Part shown: positions 1 to 14,025 of the stretch, piece by piece
How the letters are laid out: each line of letters starts with the position of its first letter
How positions within the stretch are numbered: position 1 is the first letter of the stretch
NCBI GenBank assembly: GCA_040357565.1
Contig: JBDODJ010000047.1
Source: Cercozoa sp. M6MM
Taxonomy: Eukaryota; Protista; Endomyxa: Ascetosporea
DNA length: 64,000 bases
Strand: one strand, 5' to 3'
Notes under the pieces: generated by a model
Seen by the model: the letters and a program-made list of their open reading frames with translations, nothing else
Databases searched by the model: none
Told to the model about the DNA's origin: nothing
Position numbers and translations under genes: made by a program

Positions 1-78
<78 letters not shown>

Positions 79-111
79 AAGATGTGTATATGTGTGCTTG
101 TGTCTTTGGTA

Positions 112-172
112 GACGCGACGAGCGAATGGTGCGCACTGCCATGGGCAGGGTACCTCTCATTTCCTATATATA

Positions 173-203
<31 letters not shown>

Positions 204-1469
204 ATAGATATACATGTGTGTGTAGGGCATGCCAGGTGCACAACCTGCGGCGAGTATCGAGGAGTGCAACGACGACATGCGCACGATCATTCCGGACTAC
301 GGCACGGGCGAGACCTCGGCCACGCCGTGCCTCTTCTTTACCCCTACCTCTTTACTGCTACCTCTGTCCCTGACACTTACCTCTACCCCCTTACCCCCTC
401 CCCCGTGTCGTCAGACTGGCGCCGGTGAACATGTCGGAGTCGAACCAGCAGGTGGCGCGTCCCACGGTGGGTCAGCGCAGTCGCGCATTGCCGCGCGAAC
501 TCATCCAACTGGACCGCACGCCCGAGAACAAGCTTGGCGAGGTACTGACTTGACTGGACTGACTGGACTCGACTGACTTGACTTGACTGGATTGACTGGT
601 GTGGTGTAGGGTGGTGTCGGTGTCGTGTGGTACGGCCACTACCAGGGTCAGGAGGTTGCCATTAAGGAGCTGCGTGCCGAGGTGTGTCTGCTCTTTACCC
701 CTCCCACCCTTACACCCTTTGCCCTACCTTAATATCCATACCCTTCCTCCTATACCCCTTTACCCTTACCTCCTCCTTGTCCAGGCGAGTGACAAGCTGC
801 GCATGTTCCTGCTGCAAGAGATGGCGATCCAGAGCACTCTGTCGCACGCTAATATTGTCAAAGTCATCGGCATGTCTGTCGAGGGCGAGTCCATGCTGTA
901 GCCACCCTTTACTTCTACCCTTACCCCTTCTCCCCCTTCCCCCTACCCTTTACCTTCTCTGTGATGTGAGGCAGACTGGTGCAGGAGTATTGCCCACTTC
1001 GCAGTCTCAAGGACGTGCTTGGCAGTCACCTGCGAACGCAGCTCAAGAACGACTGGTCGCTGCGCAAGTAGGCTGCCCTTCTTGCCCCTCTATCTCCTTG
1101 ACCCACTCTATCCCTCATCTCTTTACCCCCTCCCCGGTAGGAGGTTTGCTTTGGACGGTGCACTCGGCATGGCCTACCTGCACAGCAAGAACGTGCTGCA
1201 TCTCGACATCAAGACGCTCAATTTCATGGTAAGCATACCCCCTCCCCCACTCCAATTACCTCCTTTAACCCCCCCCCCCACCACCCTGTGTACAGGTGAC
1301 GGAGGACCTGCGCGTCAAGGTCGGCGACTTTGGCATCTCGACGGTGCTGCAGCAGGACGCCACCAGCACAGTGCACTCCAAAGGTTGGACCGTGCGCTAC
1401 GTGGCACCGGAGGTCATGGTACCTGACCTGTCTATAGCCCCTACCCTTGTGCCCTTCTCCTCCTATCAA

Positions 1470-1519
<50 letters not shown>

Positions 1520-1529
1520 NNNNNNNNNN

Positions 1530-1579
<50 letters not shown>

Positions 1580-1967
1580 ATGGGCCAGTCGTTCGGCAAG
1601 CCAGCCGATGTGTACTCGTACTCGATGGTGCTGTATGAACTCTTCGCGATGAAGGTGCCATGGAGCGACTTCCGTGGACCCAAGGAGGCACTGCTCGGCA
1701 TGATTGCTGCCGGCAAGGTACCCCTGCTTTTGCTGTCGGTATCACCAGGTTTGGCACTCGGTACTGCTTGTGCCTCAGAGACCGCCTGTACCGCGCTCGC
1801 TGCCTCAGTCACACAGGAACATCCTGCAACGCTGTTGGGTACCTCCTTTTGTGTACCACGATGGGTCGCTATGGCGTATGCTCTACTTGTGCTCTGTCTA
1901 GGCACACGACCCGAAGCAGCGCTGCACCTTCCCGGAACTCGTGCAGATGCTGGAGAACCTGCAATAG
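112..1967 (+). CDS. Tyrosine-kinase-like (TKL) protein kinase, 5' end outside window, multi-exon
   Basis: Spliced exons give LGEGGVGVVWYGHYQGQEVAIK, HLDIKTLNF, VKVGDFG, WTVRYVAPE, DVYSYSMVLYEL and CWAHDPKQRCTF. TAG stop at 1965-1967; GT-AG introns. Confidence 0.9.
1471..1576. repeat. Intronic (TG)n microsatellite; representative of many (7054-7170, 11238-11380, 15405-15476, 20612-20702, 36242-36285, 47115-47171, 62143-62236)
   Basis: Direct sequence; several contain or abut N gaps. Confidence 0.95.
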
Positions 1968-2394
1968 CCCAGCACGCCTGGCACTTTGATGCGCACAATA
2001 CGAGTAGTGCCTTGCGCGTGCGTTGAAGCATTGGCGCGGCTGGATGCAGATGGTTACGTTAGTTAATTTCGAGTTCGGTCTAGTGAGTTATCGTATTGTT
2101 GGTCGAGCTGGACTACGCTATTCACCCACGTCAATTGCGTTGTCGGTCGAACGGAACCAAGTCGAAGTGGTCCTGTTGCTACCCAAAGCAACCGAGACGG
2201 TGGCACGTGGTGCACAGTGACGAACAACAGTAGGCACCGTTTCATACAATGAAATGAAATGCCTGCCGACCTACTACACCATGCAGTGGCAGTGGGCTGT
2301 ATCCTGTGCACTGGATTGACACTCATTTGGCTTACTATACAATTTACTGGTAGACTACAGACGGCGCAGACTTTCCGCAGTAGATTTAGTTATT

Positions 2395-3101
2395 TTAGTA
2401 GCGTCGGCCATGGTAGCGGTCGTAGCCACCGTAGCTGCTGCTGTCGTAGTAGCGATCGCGGCCGTGGCGGCCATGATGGTAGCGATCGCGGCCGTGGCGG
2501 CCATGATGGTAGCGATCGCGGCCGTAACGACGGTCGTAGCCTCCGCAGTCGCTGCTTGAGTAGCCTGCAGGTTTACGTGCGTGTAAATAATATGCACTTA
2601 GTTTATCATCATGCACATGCCATTGTATGCAGTGAGGTTGTTATGTCCTTTGGTTACAGTCAGAGGACGAGCTGCAGCCATAGCCGTAACCGCCCCACCC
2701 ACCATATCCGCAGTCAGAAGACGAGTAGCAGTCGCTCGACGAGCCTGAAAACCGGACGGAACATTATGCATCGCCAGCATCGCATCATTGCTTCAAGCGA
2801 AAAACTGAGCTACCGCAGTAGCCACCGTAGCCACCGTAGCCACCGTAACCACCCCAATTGCCATGTCCCCAACCGCCGTATCCTGCAGTGCAGTACGGTA
2901 GATTGTTACAAGTCAAAATTGGCAGCTGCACAACGATGTGGTTTGTTTGTAAATCTACTGGATACCTCCGTACGCCACAGGACCGTGTCCCCAACCACCG
3001 TATCCGCCTCCGTATCCGCCACGCGGCATGACCTGTCCTTCATTCACCATCGCAGCGCCCGAAGCAGCGCAAACGGCACCAAACAAGAAAGCAATCTTCA
3101 T
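2395..3101 (-). CDS. Secreted Gly/Tyr/Trp-rich repetitive protein (cyst/spore-wall-like structural protein)
   Basis: Signal peptide MKIAFLFGAVCAASGA. Four exons joined by GT-AG introns give GGYGGW repeats, SSSDC repeats and GRDRYHHGRH repeats; TAA stop. Confidence 0.75.
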
Positions 3102-3552
3102 CGTACTGTCGATTTGGAGTGCGTGTCGTCTTTGAACTAACAACGGACAAAAGCACAAGAGTTGGCAACTGGGCCCTTCTTGCCACTTTGGTCGTGTTGA
3201 CAATGCTGCAGCATCTTTTTCTGTCACACGTCGCTCACACGTCACACTCGGCGTGCTGCACGCTCATCGAGTCAAGTCGACAATCATCCGTCTCAACTCG
3301 TCGTTGGGTCTTAAATCTGAAGATACCGACTGTCGTGAAAGATAATCTTGGACACAGCGCCGATTCTAAATTACCACTTTAAGTTTAAGTTTTTAGTTAC
3401 CGTACGGGAGATTGCATCGGTGTCTGAGTGGATGGCCTGCTGAATTGTGAGTTATGTGCTTTCTTTTCGTTTCGTATTAAATCAAATCGTTCGAGGAGAG
3501 TCGAGAACTGAATGGCCGAGACGGTCAAAGGTGCAGTTCTCAAGTTTCAAGG

Positions 3553-5746
3553 TTATCTTGATGCTGCGTGCTCAAGCAACTGCACGACCCGCGACATGGA
3601 AATACGGCGCGAAGGATCGGCGAGAAACACACCGCGGAACAGCTGCGCGCTGTGCCATGGTGAGAATGCAGCGTCGCACCTGGCTAGCACACGGCCGTGA
3701 ACTGAATGCTCTTGCTTGCTACAATATTGTACGATTTTAAATTTATACGCTCATCGGGCAGAAAAGGTGATTTAGTACCCTTTCTCTCGAGCTAGTGACT
3801 GCAGTAGCTCTGTGTATCTGCGTATTTTGTCAGGTTTAGCAGATTCATGCGTTAGTTTGACGCTGTCACCGATCCGCGCGGTCAGAAAGAGCGGAAGTCG
3901 CAGTCGGGTTACCATTTGATGCAACACGACTCCGTAGGACCACACGTCAATCTTGTCTGACAGTTCGAGACTCTGGTTTAAGCGCAGCATTGGGAGAACT
4001 TTAAAGATACACAAAGTGAGTGAGCTGTCCCTGTACTGCTATATTGCTACCTGCCCTTTGTCCAAACGTTCGTCAATGAGCGCTACTTCTGGCGCACGGT
4101 AGCACCATGTACCTACAAAATTAAAACGAGTGCAAGGGTGTTGCGACACCGGGAAACAGACTACAGTATACCAAATAGAGATCGAACGTAGGATGGGGCA
4201 CTTTTGTCGCAGAAGTTCCTTACGACACCGGGGAGTCGCCGCGAACGTTCACAGTGTCCAAAGTCCGCCAGTCGCAGTTGCATATCTTCGGTCACCAGCA
4301 CGTTGTCTGGCTTCACGTCGCAGTGCGTCCACCCATTGACGTGCATGTGCTCCAGCGCGCGTGCCAGCTTGGTGCGAATGTGTGCAATACATTTAATTTA
4401 TATGCGTATATAAATAAGTTGGTATATATATATATAAACTTATATTTATATCTATACATAAACTTAGATATACACTCTTAGTTAAATAGCACATATAACT
4501 TGATTACTGTTTGATACAACTACTGTTTGTAATCAACTTATGTCAATCTATATGTTCAATACTACCTGCAGTGCGAAAGAGCGAAACAGGTGCGGATGTC
4601 GCGACAGGGAGCCCGCATTCTGGATGAACTCCGTGAGCGATCCGTATGCTGCTATGGCCTGTATTTATAGGTTTCATTTATTCGGTTGCGCCAGAGTCAC
4701 ATGCTTTGTGGCGCGAGTTCACGGATTTATTAATGATTACTGTACCAACCAGATAGCGCCGCCGTGCTTGTGGTGGTCAAAGTGCAGCATGCGCACTATG
4801 TTGGGGTGCTTGGACGCGTCTGACTGGAAGAACCTGGCAGAATTGCATACTGTAAATTAGATACATGAGACCAGTTTGCGAACGGATGAACTGCGTAAAT
4901 TTACGACAACTCGGCGAAGAAGTCGCGCTTCATCAAGCACCTTTGCTCGTGGCTGATGTCACCCGGGCCGCAAGCTTGTCGGAGTTGAGGGCAGTACCCG
5001 TTCGACGTAAAGTTGACGATCTTGACGACGGCGACAATACCGCTGTACCCGTGGTAGCACTGGTGCAAACTGCTGCTTGATGTCTGCTTCAGAGGTCTTT
5101 TGCACACTACCCAGTCACCTAAATGTACCGTCGACCTCTGAACTGCAATGCAAGACACGTCCCGTAAATTTAAAACTTACATAATCATGGTAGTTTTATC
5201 GATGGTACCCACTCGCTTGTGCCGTTCGATCTTGCGGCATCGGTTAATTCTAAACAAGAAACACACCGCCGCCAGTGCGGAAGTCTGCACAAAGGTTTCG
5301 CAGACTCGATAGAGCGGGGAAATTGATAGATACCGGGTAATTTTACAATAAATTTAAAATGCGCACAGGGAGACCGAAAACAGTACCCAAACAATGTCGA
5401 AAACCAGCTGCATCATGTCTGGTTCTTTTCTTGCGGTGTGCGACTGTAATGTGTTTAGTACAGTGACTCTTGTAGTTTGTCGGATAGGAGGCGCCAGTGC
5501 GGTCGGAGATGACGCTTCTGTGGCGGGCCCGACGGCCTCGAGCTCAGAGAGAGTGCTGTATCTCCTCGACTCCATAGAGTACGTCGCGGACGGTGGATAG
5601 GAGGGAGGACTTAATGGCGTTTGTGGATCAGTCTGATGTGGAAAGTGATCCTCTCTGGCTACCAAAGTGCTGTCGGCATCAGGTTTCGCCTTCAATCCAT
5701 GGCTCGGAAAAGAATGCTGAGCTTTGGTCTTGTCGGGGCTAAACAT
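3553..5746 (-). CDS. Divergent Ser/Thr protein kinase (non-RD), multi-exon; start approximate
   Basis: VAVVK, HPNIVRML, HCDVKPDNVL, LADFG, GTWCYRAPE, DVWSYGVVL, DPSRRISM; TAA at 3553-3555. Confidence 0.8.
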
Positions 5747-6569
5747 TCACAAGCACTACGATAATTTTGCCGTAAATGAGAGTAAATTTATATTTAAAAT
5801 TATATCACTGTTGCTGGGTTAAACAGGCATATCGGAAACTCACGGTCCAGCACTGGTGTCCAACCCGTCGCTGCGGTCATCGCGAGTACTCAGCGTCGTT
5901 CCACACAGCTGCGCGGCCAGCAGTAATAGACACAGGACGAGAGGAGAAAGCATGGCTCGCCATCAAGAGGCACACTCGGTCTCAGCTCGTCTGGCGGGGG
6001 CAGGCACGTGCAACTAAGTTTACCTGGACCTAACGTAAGTCCGAACGCGTTTCAGTTGTCGATAACTGAAGTAGCCTTTTACTATATCGCACCAACCTGA
6101 GTATCGAGTTCTCAGTCAGTTAGTTAGTTCAGTCTTCTAAATTAAGAACGTTGAAGCTTGGCGACATGACGTGAAGCTGTCAAACGTGCGTCATTGGGGT
6201 ACGAGGTCGTTCACTACACGTCCACGCAGACTCCCTTGGCGTCAACGTTCACCCTGCAGCAGTCTCGTCTCAGTCCTGGTTGGCGTCCAATGACCCTCCG
6301 CGTCAAAGTCTCGGGCGTCACACAGTGGCAGACTGACGTCGACAGCGACGATCGATACGTCATGGTTGCTACAGGATCGCGGACAATTTCGGTATCTGTA
6401 ACGTAAATTTTATTCCCGTAGTTTTCACGACAGAACATGACATGACGGCTTAGGCGCGCGATGGACGGGCGGGGGCCGGCACTCTCAGGTCGAGGTGCCT
6501 GGGTAAATTCGATTGTAACTTCAGTTGCGTGTTTCCTTTCTTTTTTCTCCTCTCTAAATGTTGACTCGG

Positions 6570-7065
6570 TTATCGCTTGCCAGAGCGGAAGTAGCGCAGC
6601 ACGGCATAGGCCAGAAGACGGTAGAAGAGGGCCATGCTGCACACGGTCCGTGATAATCAGACTCTCAGGAACAGGCGTGCAAATTCCATGAAAGCCAATT
6701 TTGTACCAGAACATGACGATGAGGTTGACCGCAATCTTGCCTCCCGAGACATCCTGTGCATTGTTGTGTGTACACATGAACACACGGCAATACCACAGAC
6801 AGAGATACGATACCATATCGTAGTAGCTGAGCACATCATTGCCCGAACCTGTACCAGGTGGATATTGTGCACAGAGAGACAAGAGATGCAAGAAACGGAA
6901 AGCAAAGGTCACCACTCGGGGCTAGGCAGACTGGCGTATCGGCGCCACAAGGTTCCAGTGTCAGACCGTTGAACTCGTTCCACATGAAGGTCTCAAACTG
7001 CAACAATTGCGAGTACATTTACATCTGCAAACATTCACTCCACAGGACAGGAGGTGTGTGCGTGC

Positions 7066-7114
<49 letters not shown>

Positions 7115-7124
7115 NNNNNNNNNN

Positions 7125-7174
<50 letters not shown>

Positions 7175-8723
7175 CGAATAGGTGTGCAGCGCAATGTAGT
7201 AGGCCCACTTCCAGAAAGCCGGCATGTTGGATGGCAGCACAAAAAAACCCTCGGCCTGTGCAGACAGTACAACATATAAAGATTATAATATGCAGTTAAT
7301 ACATATATAGCAAGCACAAAGTAGAGTCAACTCACCAGCATCATGAGGCCAAAGAAACCGGCGGCCAGTGCCATGCCAATGATGTAGAAAGGCACAATGG
7401 CGGCCTGTTTCACACATATGATCGTTCCTCAAACGCACAGGGGATGTGCCTTGCAGATACAGTACCACAGCATGCATGAAGGCTTCAGCAGCAAACAACG
7501 ACAGGAACAGGTTCAACAGGAACAAGAAGAACTGCAGTGCGCCATCTAAAGCACACAGCAAGATAATGCACCCGAGAATCAAGCAGACATAAGGAGGTAC
7601 CACGCTCCGTACTGAGCCCCATCGGGAAGTAGATCAACAGCGAGCACGTCAACGAGATCACCTGTGCCGACACACCATGCATATGAATACTGCCGATAGT
7701 ATTGACATGTGTGTGTGTGTATGTATTCAACGCACCAGGAGGCCCGGAATCGACGACAACGAGTGAGCAATCACATAGGGACCGGCACCGTACCAACTGA
7801 AAAACAATAGACAGAGTTAACAGGCCCACTGAAGCACTTAAAAGGCGCGGACAGCGAGAGGATACCCGTTGCTGGTCTCCTTGGTGAACACCGAGCGTTC
7901 AGTGATTAACTGGGGCATCACTGCGATGGCCATAAAGACGAGGAAGGCGCACGCGTAGAACAGGGCCGAACTGTGCAGATACACACAAGCATACACACGT
8001 ATAGGCATATGTAAAAAAGACATAGGGTACATGCGGTCCTGGATCTCGCTCTGTGTGTTGCCGATGTCAACATAGAAGGTGCCGATCTACACACATGTAT
8101 ACCCAAAGGTGCGGTAGACATACAGAGAAAGGGTTAGATACCATGAGACTCAGCATGAAGTACATGAGCCAGCGAATCCAATACACTCCCGGGTTGCGTC
8201 TGTAAGTACACACACACACACACACACACACAGATATCATAAAATACACTCACTCACACGTTAGTATATAATACGCATTGTCGGCTGACTGACGCCTGCA
8301 CACACACACACATGCGATAAAACAAACACACACAGGCAGAACAGAGAAACACACTTGAGGAGGTTCCACATCTGCCGCATCGCACTAGTTGCGAAGGTCT
8401 CTCCTGTTGGGGCAAGTGCACATGAGGACATGCTGATACTCTACTCTACACGATGTATACCTTCGTGTTCCTCGCCTTCCATCGGTGCCTCACGCATGTG
8501 TTCCTGAAACTCGTCTTTGCGCGATGCATAGTATGCCACCTGTGTATTATCCATCATCAAAAGTGCATGTACTCCGAGAAAGAGAGAGAGTCAAGTTAAA
8601 AAAACCGCACCAAACGATCGACGCGCTCCTTGGCCGTCTCTGAAATGACAGGTTTGTCTTCTTCGTCCTGTCGTCACAAAAGACACCAATACAACGCAGA
8701 CACACAGACACCACACACACACC

Positions 8724-8755
<32 letters not shown>

Positions 8756-10423
8756 AAATAGACTGGGATACATGCGTCGACATCTGCATGTCCTCGACGG
8801 CAAAGTCCGTGTTCACCACGGCAAGTGCGTGATCGGCGACGTTCATTAGCTCCGGGACAGGCAGTTGCGCCTCTGCAGAGACACATCCCAAGTCAATACA
8901 GTCATCGCACAAGCACAACCCGCTGCACAAGTCTCGTGCAGTGGCGTACCGGCAAAGAAGGGTGCCAGACGCGCACGTTCACCGCAGTAGGCCAGACGAC
9001 CGGCCGTGAGAATCATCACATCTGCATACCAGCAAGCCAAATAGCAAATACTGACATACACATGAAGATGCAGGGACAAATATACCATCAACAGTCTGGA
9101 ACACGTGCGATGACGGTTGGTGCAGTGTGCACACCACCTGCACATACACACAATGTCATAAATAATAGACCACTGTAGGACTCACAATGCAGTACCGTAT
9201 GGCCAGCACGCGCGATGCTTTGCAGCACCTATTAAACATGTCTATTTGTCCCAAATAGCCAGGTCTAATTGAGGATAGTCATGCACCTGCATGACACGCA
9301 GCGCAGACTCTGCATCAAGGCCTGACGTCGGTTCGTCGCACAGCACCCTATCGAAGCAGCGTAGACGGAACGCATTTATCTCAGAGTAAACAAATACAAG
9401 AGTACAATGAAGGTCGACGCAAGAGCTCAAGACCGAGCGACACGCGGCGTTGTTGACCGCCACTCTACAAACAAGCACGAACGAATACAAAAGCAGTAAA
9501 TCTGATACATTAAGGATGCAGACAAGGTACCAGCCCCTTCATGAACACAGTGCCGATACGCGTGTCCTTTGACTTCCACAGACCGAGTTGCTTCAGCGTC
9601 GCTTCGATGCGGCACTGCTTCTCTTCCTCCTTTTATTTTACAACACAGACACATTAAACACACACATTAAACACACACATACACACAAACACACACTTGC
9701 TAGACTATTCAAGATACAGGGGTCTCAGCTGGAAACTGCACATTGGCAGCAAACTGGAACGCCTCAGTCACCGTTTGGGTGCCCACCAGGTGATCCTAGT
9801 TTAGAAGCAAACATATATATATATATATGTATCATGCATCATGCATCCTTGACAGGCACAGAGTTAAAAACAAGGAAACCTCTTGAGTCACGTAGGCACA
9901 GACGTGTTTAAGAACAGAGCGACGTGCTCGTGCACCATTGACGCAGATGCTTCCGCTGTGGGTATGTCGCATCAGCACAGAGCCAACCAGATACAAAAAC
10001 AAATGGTTGACGAAGCACCTCAACTCTGACACCGAGCGACGCGAGATACGTGCCGCCAAAGCATCCAACAGCGTCGTCTTGCCGCAACCCGAAGGTCCCA
10101 TAATCGCCATAACTCGTCTGCACGTGTTAAGTACCTCCAACAGGTGTTAGCTGTATTCATCCAAAGGTACCCAGGTACAGCGACACCAGAGACACCATCC
10201 AAAATGCGCTTTTCCACGACATTCTCGCCGCGACCTCGTGTCACAGCGACGACCACGTTCTCAAAAGAAAGCTTCACGCGGCGCTCAGGCTCGAGTTCGA
10301 CATCCGAGTTCTTTTCTGCACCTGCAAAAACACAGAGCTCGTGGTGCAACCCAAGTCGACGAGCAGAGAGGTGAAAATACAGCGATCGGGGTTGGAGGCA
10401 GCCTCCACTTCCATCGATTGCAT
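6570..10423 (-). CDS. ABC transporter G family (White/ABCG half transporter)
   Basis: Walker A GPSGCGKTT, signature LSGGQQRRVS, Walker B CDEPTSGLD. NBD is followed by a TMD (RNPGVYWIR; MLPSNMPAFWKWAYY); ends ...RYFRSGKR*. Confidence 0.92.
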
Positions 10424-10726
10424 AGTTTCAGTGTTGTTGTTGTGTCGGGAATTTCCTAAAAACAGCCGGCTGGTGCCAAAGCTTGGACCAGTTGCTCCAG
10501 TCACAGTTAAATGACGCGAAACTTATGCACGCAGCACAAAAATTGTGTGAGCACGCGAAGGCACACGTTAACGCGTTAAGAAACTCGGTGAGCAACGAAA
10601 ACAGATTCGTGGGTGTTGTGGGTCACATCAGTCACAGATCACTGATTTTGACGGCGGTTGTGAAAAGCCGCTCACTGGTCAACTCCAGATGAGACTTGCC
10701 TTTTCACCCGCTGCATCTTCCAAGTT

Positions 10727-10789
10727 TGTACAATTTCTTAGTTTGTTTTGAGATAGTTTCGTTTCCAAAACAAACTAAGAAATTGTACA
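10727..10789. repeat. 24-bp perfect inverted repeat with 15-nt spacer (hairpin)
   Basis: TGTACAATTTCTTAGTTTGTTTTG-agatagtttcgtttc-CAAAACAAACTAAGAAATTGTACA. Confidence 0.95.
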
Positions 10790-10836
10790 CTAACTTTCTC
10801 TGGATGTTTTTAACTTTTGAGGTCACGAGCACGTGC

Positions 10837-11236
10837 TCAGCTTTTATCGCTTTCGGTGGGACGATACCCTGACGCATCCAAAAGCGACGCCATTTGCTGC
10901 AGAACGGTGTGTTGTTGGCGAGCCTTTTCTTCCAGGATCAACGACGCACGTATTGTTTGCTTCTCTTTTTTCATCGCCGCCCGAACGCGCTGCTCGGCGT
11001 TCGCAAGTGACTCCTCAAACAGGCGTCGCTCTCGTTTCGCTTGCTCGCGGTGAAAGGTGTCGGTCTCTGCCTGTGATAGGATGACTCGTGTTAAACACTG
11101 TAATCGATGAAGACAAGCGACGAATGAATGTACCAATCTTAGCTCAAGTTCTGTGTGCGCTTCTTCGAGGTTGTGGGTAAACGTGCGAAGTTCGTCGGCC
11201 TCCCTTTCAAACCGGGACCTGGACACACATGTTGTT

Positions 11237-11287
<51 letters not shown>

Positions 11288-11297
11288 NNNNNNNNNN

Positions 11298-11346
<49 letters not shown>

Positions 11347-13580
11347 CACATGCACATGCACATGCACATGCACATGCACAACACACGCGTACACGCAAAA
11401 CCGGCACCTGATTTCTCTTTCCTGTTGGAGCTGGTGCAGCGTGTCCAGCAACCTTTCCTCTTTGTGAAGTAGTTGAGTCTTGAGATCCTGTGTCACTGAA
11501 TTAAACTTGCGCTGCATGAGTTCCAACGCGGAGTGGCAGTCAGAGTGCAGTTTGGCTAGTTCCCGTCGAACGTTTGCCACAACTGCGCAACATTGGGCAC
11601 ACTGCTTATGAAGTATATAAATTTACAGTACTTCAGACGCACAAGCAAGGGAAAACTGAAGTGAACACGCACACCTTCAGTGCACTTGGTCTGATGCTCA
11701 TCGCGCTGTTGCTGGAGTCTCATTTGAAACTGCGAGCGCAATGTAGCTTTGATACTAACAATTTGTTCTTCATTGGTTTTCTTGAGCTCTTCAACTGCAC
11801 GCCTGTTTGAGTCACGAAGTGCTTCTGTTTCTTTTCGATACTTCGAGGCTTCTTTTTGCCGTACAGCTTCGAGTTTCTTCTGAAAAGTGTCGTGTTGCTG
11901 TTGGCTCTTTATGGCTGCAACGCACTGCCGCAAGCCCATTTCCATCTGTCGCAATTGCAAAGACGCCGAGTTGGTCCGGGGACAGACAGATTCTGCAACA
12001 TCAATGCAATCTAGTTCTGTTTCGCTGTCAAAGTCAACGCCGAAAGAGGCGAACTGCAGTTTTGGATTCCTGGACAAGAATTGCGAAACCTCCTGACGCA
12101 ATTCCCCGTCTTTTTCAAAAACAAGAGTGGAAGCAGCTAAAGAAAGCAGTTTCGGACGGATCTCCACACGATCGATGTTTGCAATGAACAACGAAGCCAC
12201 GAATGCTGCAATGTCATGCACAAAGTCAGGGAATTCACTGTCAGCTTGGTTGTCGGCGTCGTCACGGTTGCTCAAGAGGTACACTTTGCGAAATGCGTTG
12301 ACCACTCGTTTTAGGTCACCTATCGTCGACTTTGTTGCCGACTTGGGACCCTTTTTCTCGCTTAGAAGTGCCGATACGAAGCATTGTCGAAATTTAGTTC
12401 CAGTCTCGCCCACGACTGGCGTCCCGCAGCACTCGACAAATAGCTCAAAAACATCGCGATGCTGTATGAGAGGGGTCACTCGAGATTGTTCCGAAAAGGT
12501 GTCAAACACAACTGCCGCAACAAGCTCTCGCAGCGTATCTCCTTGCCGAGCTGTCATACATGCGAGAAACACGCGCTCTGCTCCCTGCAAACACAAGCTG
12601 AATACATACAGTGACTGGGATGTAGTAGTTCAAAGAATGCATCGTACGGCCTTAGGGTTTCGGTGAATTGTCGAAGCAACTGACTGAAAGAAGGGAAGGA
12701 ATTGGGATTCCCAATTTTCGACGATTGCTGTAGACCACAATGCCTGATGCTGACTCAACATCAGCTGACGCAAGGCAGCTCCGAGAGCTTTAAACAGCTT
12801 GCTCTTGGAGAACATTTTTGGTCGAAGAAACAAACTCTCCAGTGTCAAACTGACTGTTTCCTTGCTAAAGATGTGACAGCTCTGCGAGTGAGTCCGTGTA
12901 CCGACATCTGCGCTGTCGGAACTTGAAGTTGTCGTGCACAAGCATTCAAACACTGGGAACGACTCAGCGAAGATGCCTAAAACAAAACAAACTTCTGCTG
13001 TCAATGAACTGGCAGAACAGTTGAAGTGAAACAACTGACACAGAATTTGCAAAGCACGAAGAGCAACTGAACGACACGAGTGCAGCGAAACCAGTCTTGC
13101 AGTTTGAAGGAGGAGCCTTTTTCGAAGTGAGGCCGCGCAAACAGATCCGTCATCGTGTTCTAGGAACTCGCACGCGCGGCACAAAGAAAAGTGCATGTGC
13201 ACGTTGCTTGAACAAAAGAACGCCAGAACGCGCAATATTGTGAAGCTCCAGCTCTCTTCAGTTAATTTCTCCAAGTTCAGGTCTCGTCGCGAGACAAGAT
13301 TCCAGGCAGTTGCCACAATAAATTGCGCATGGCTCACAATTTCGTCGGCATCAATGTCGAGTTTCATCACAGTAGCGTCTTCGATCTTTTTTAAGAGAAT
13401 GTTGTATACACGCCGAAGGGTGCGCCGGTCGGCGATTGTCAGCGATGGCAAACCGTCGCGTGCTGAAGCTTTCAGTCCCGCATCGAGCAATATCCCGTGC
13501 AATATAGATAGTATCTCTGATGGGCTTGAAGCTTTCGCGAGCTCCACTTGCTTCACACGCCTGTTGGGTTTCTTTGACAT
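10837..13580 (-). CDS. Hypothetical protein, helical N-terminal region and C-terminal coiled coil; start uncertain
   Basis: Two long open exons (about 320 and 300 aa) plus short exons rich in E/Q/K/R heptads; no family recognised. Confidence 0.6.
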
Positions 13581-14025
13581 GGCAAGTGTCAAGCACTGAG
13601 CTTATCAACACAGCTGCTTGGTGTTCCGGGTGTTTTCTGAAGTTTGACGGTTCCGCGTGGATACAACCGGTCACAAAAAATTTACTGAGAAAATGTGACG
13701 AACTTAGATTCATTGAACACAGCTGGGATACCTGGCAGATTATATCTGAAGGCTCGTTAATCCTATCGCTCAAAATTAGCAGGATTGCAGTTTTAATTTC
13801 TACCTAATATCTTTGTTTACCACCTCAGCTGTCAGTAGTGCCTAGGTTTCGCTCTTTCTCCGTACTCCGATGTTCGGAGAATGGTGCTCTTAGACCCAAC
13901 TTTGGTCTTTGAAGCACCAGGCAGTGTTTGATTGGCATCGACGCCGGCCCTCGGATTCCTTAAGCTTGGAACCACCGAAATTTGCGATACAGATATCGAA
14001 CTGACTCAACCCAACTGACCGAAAC

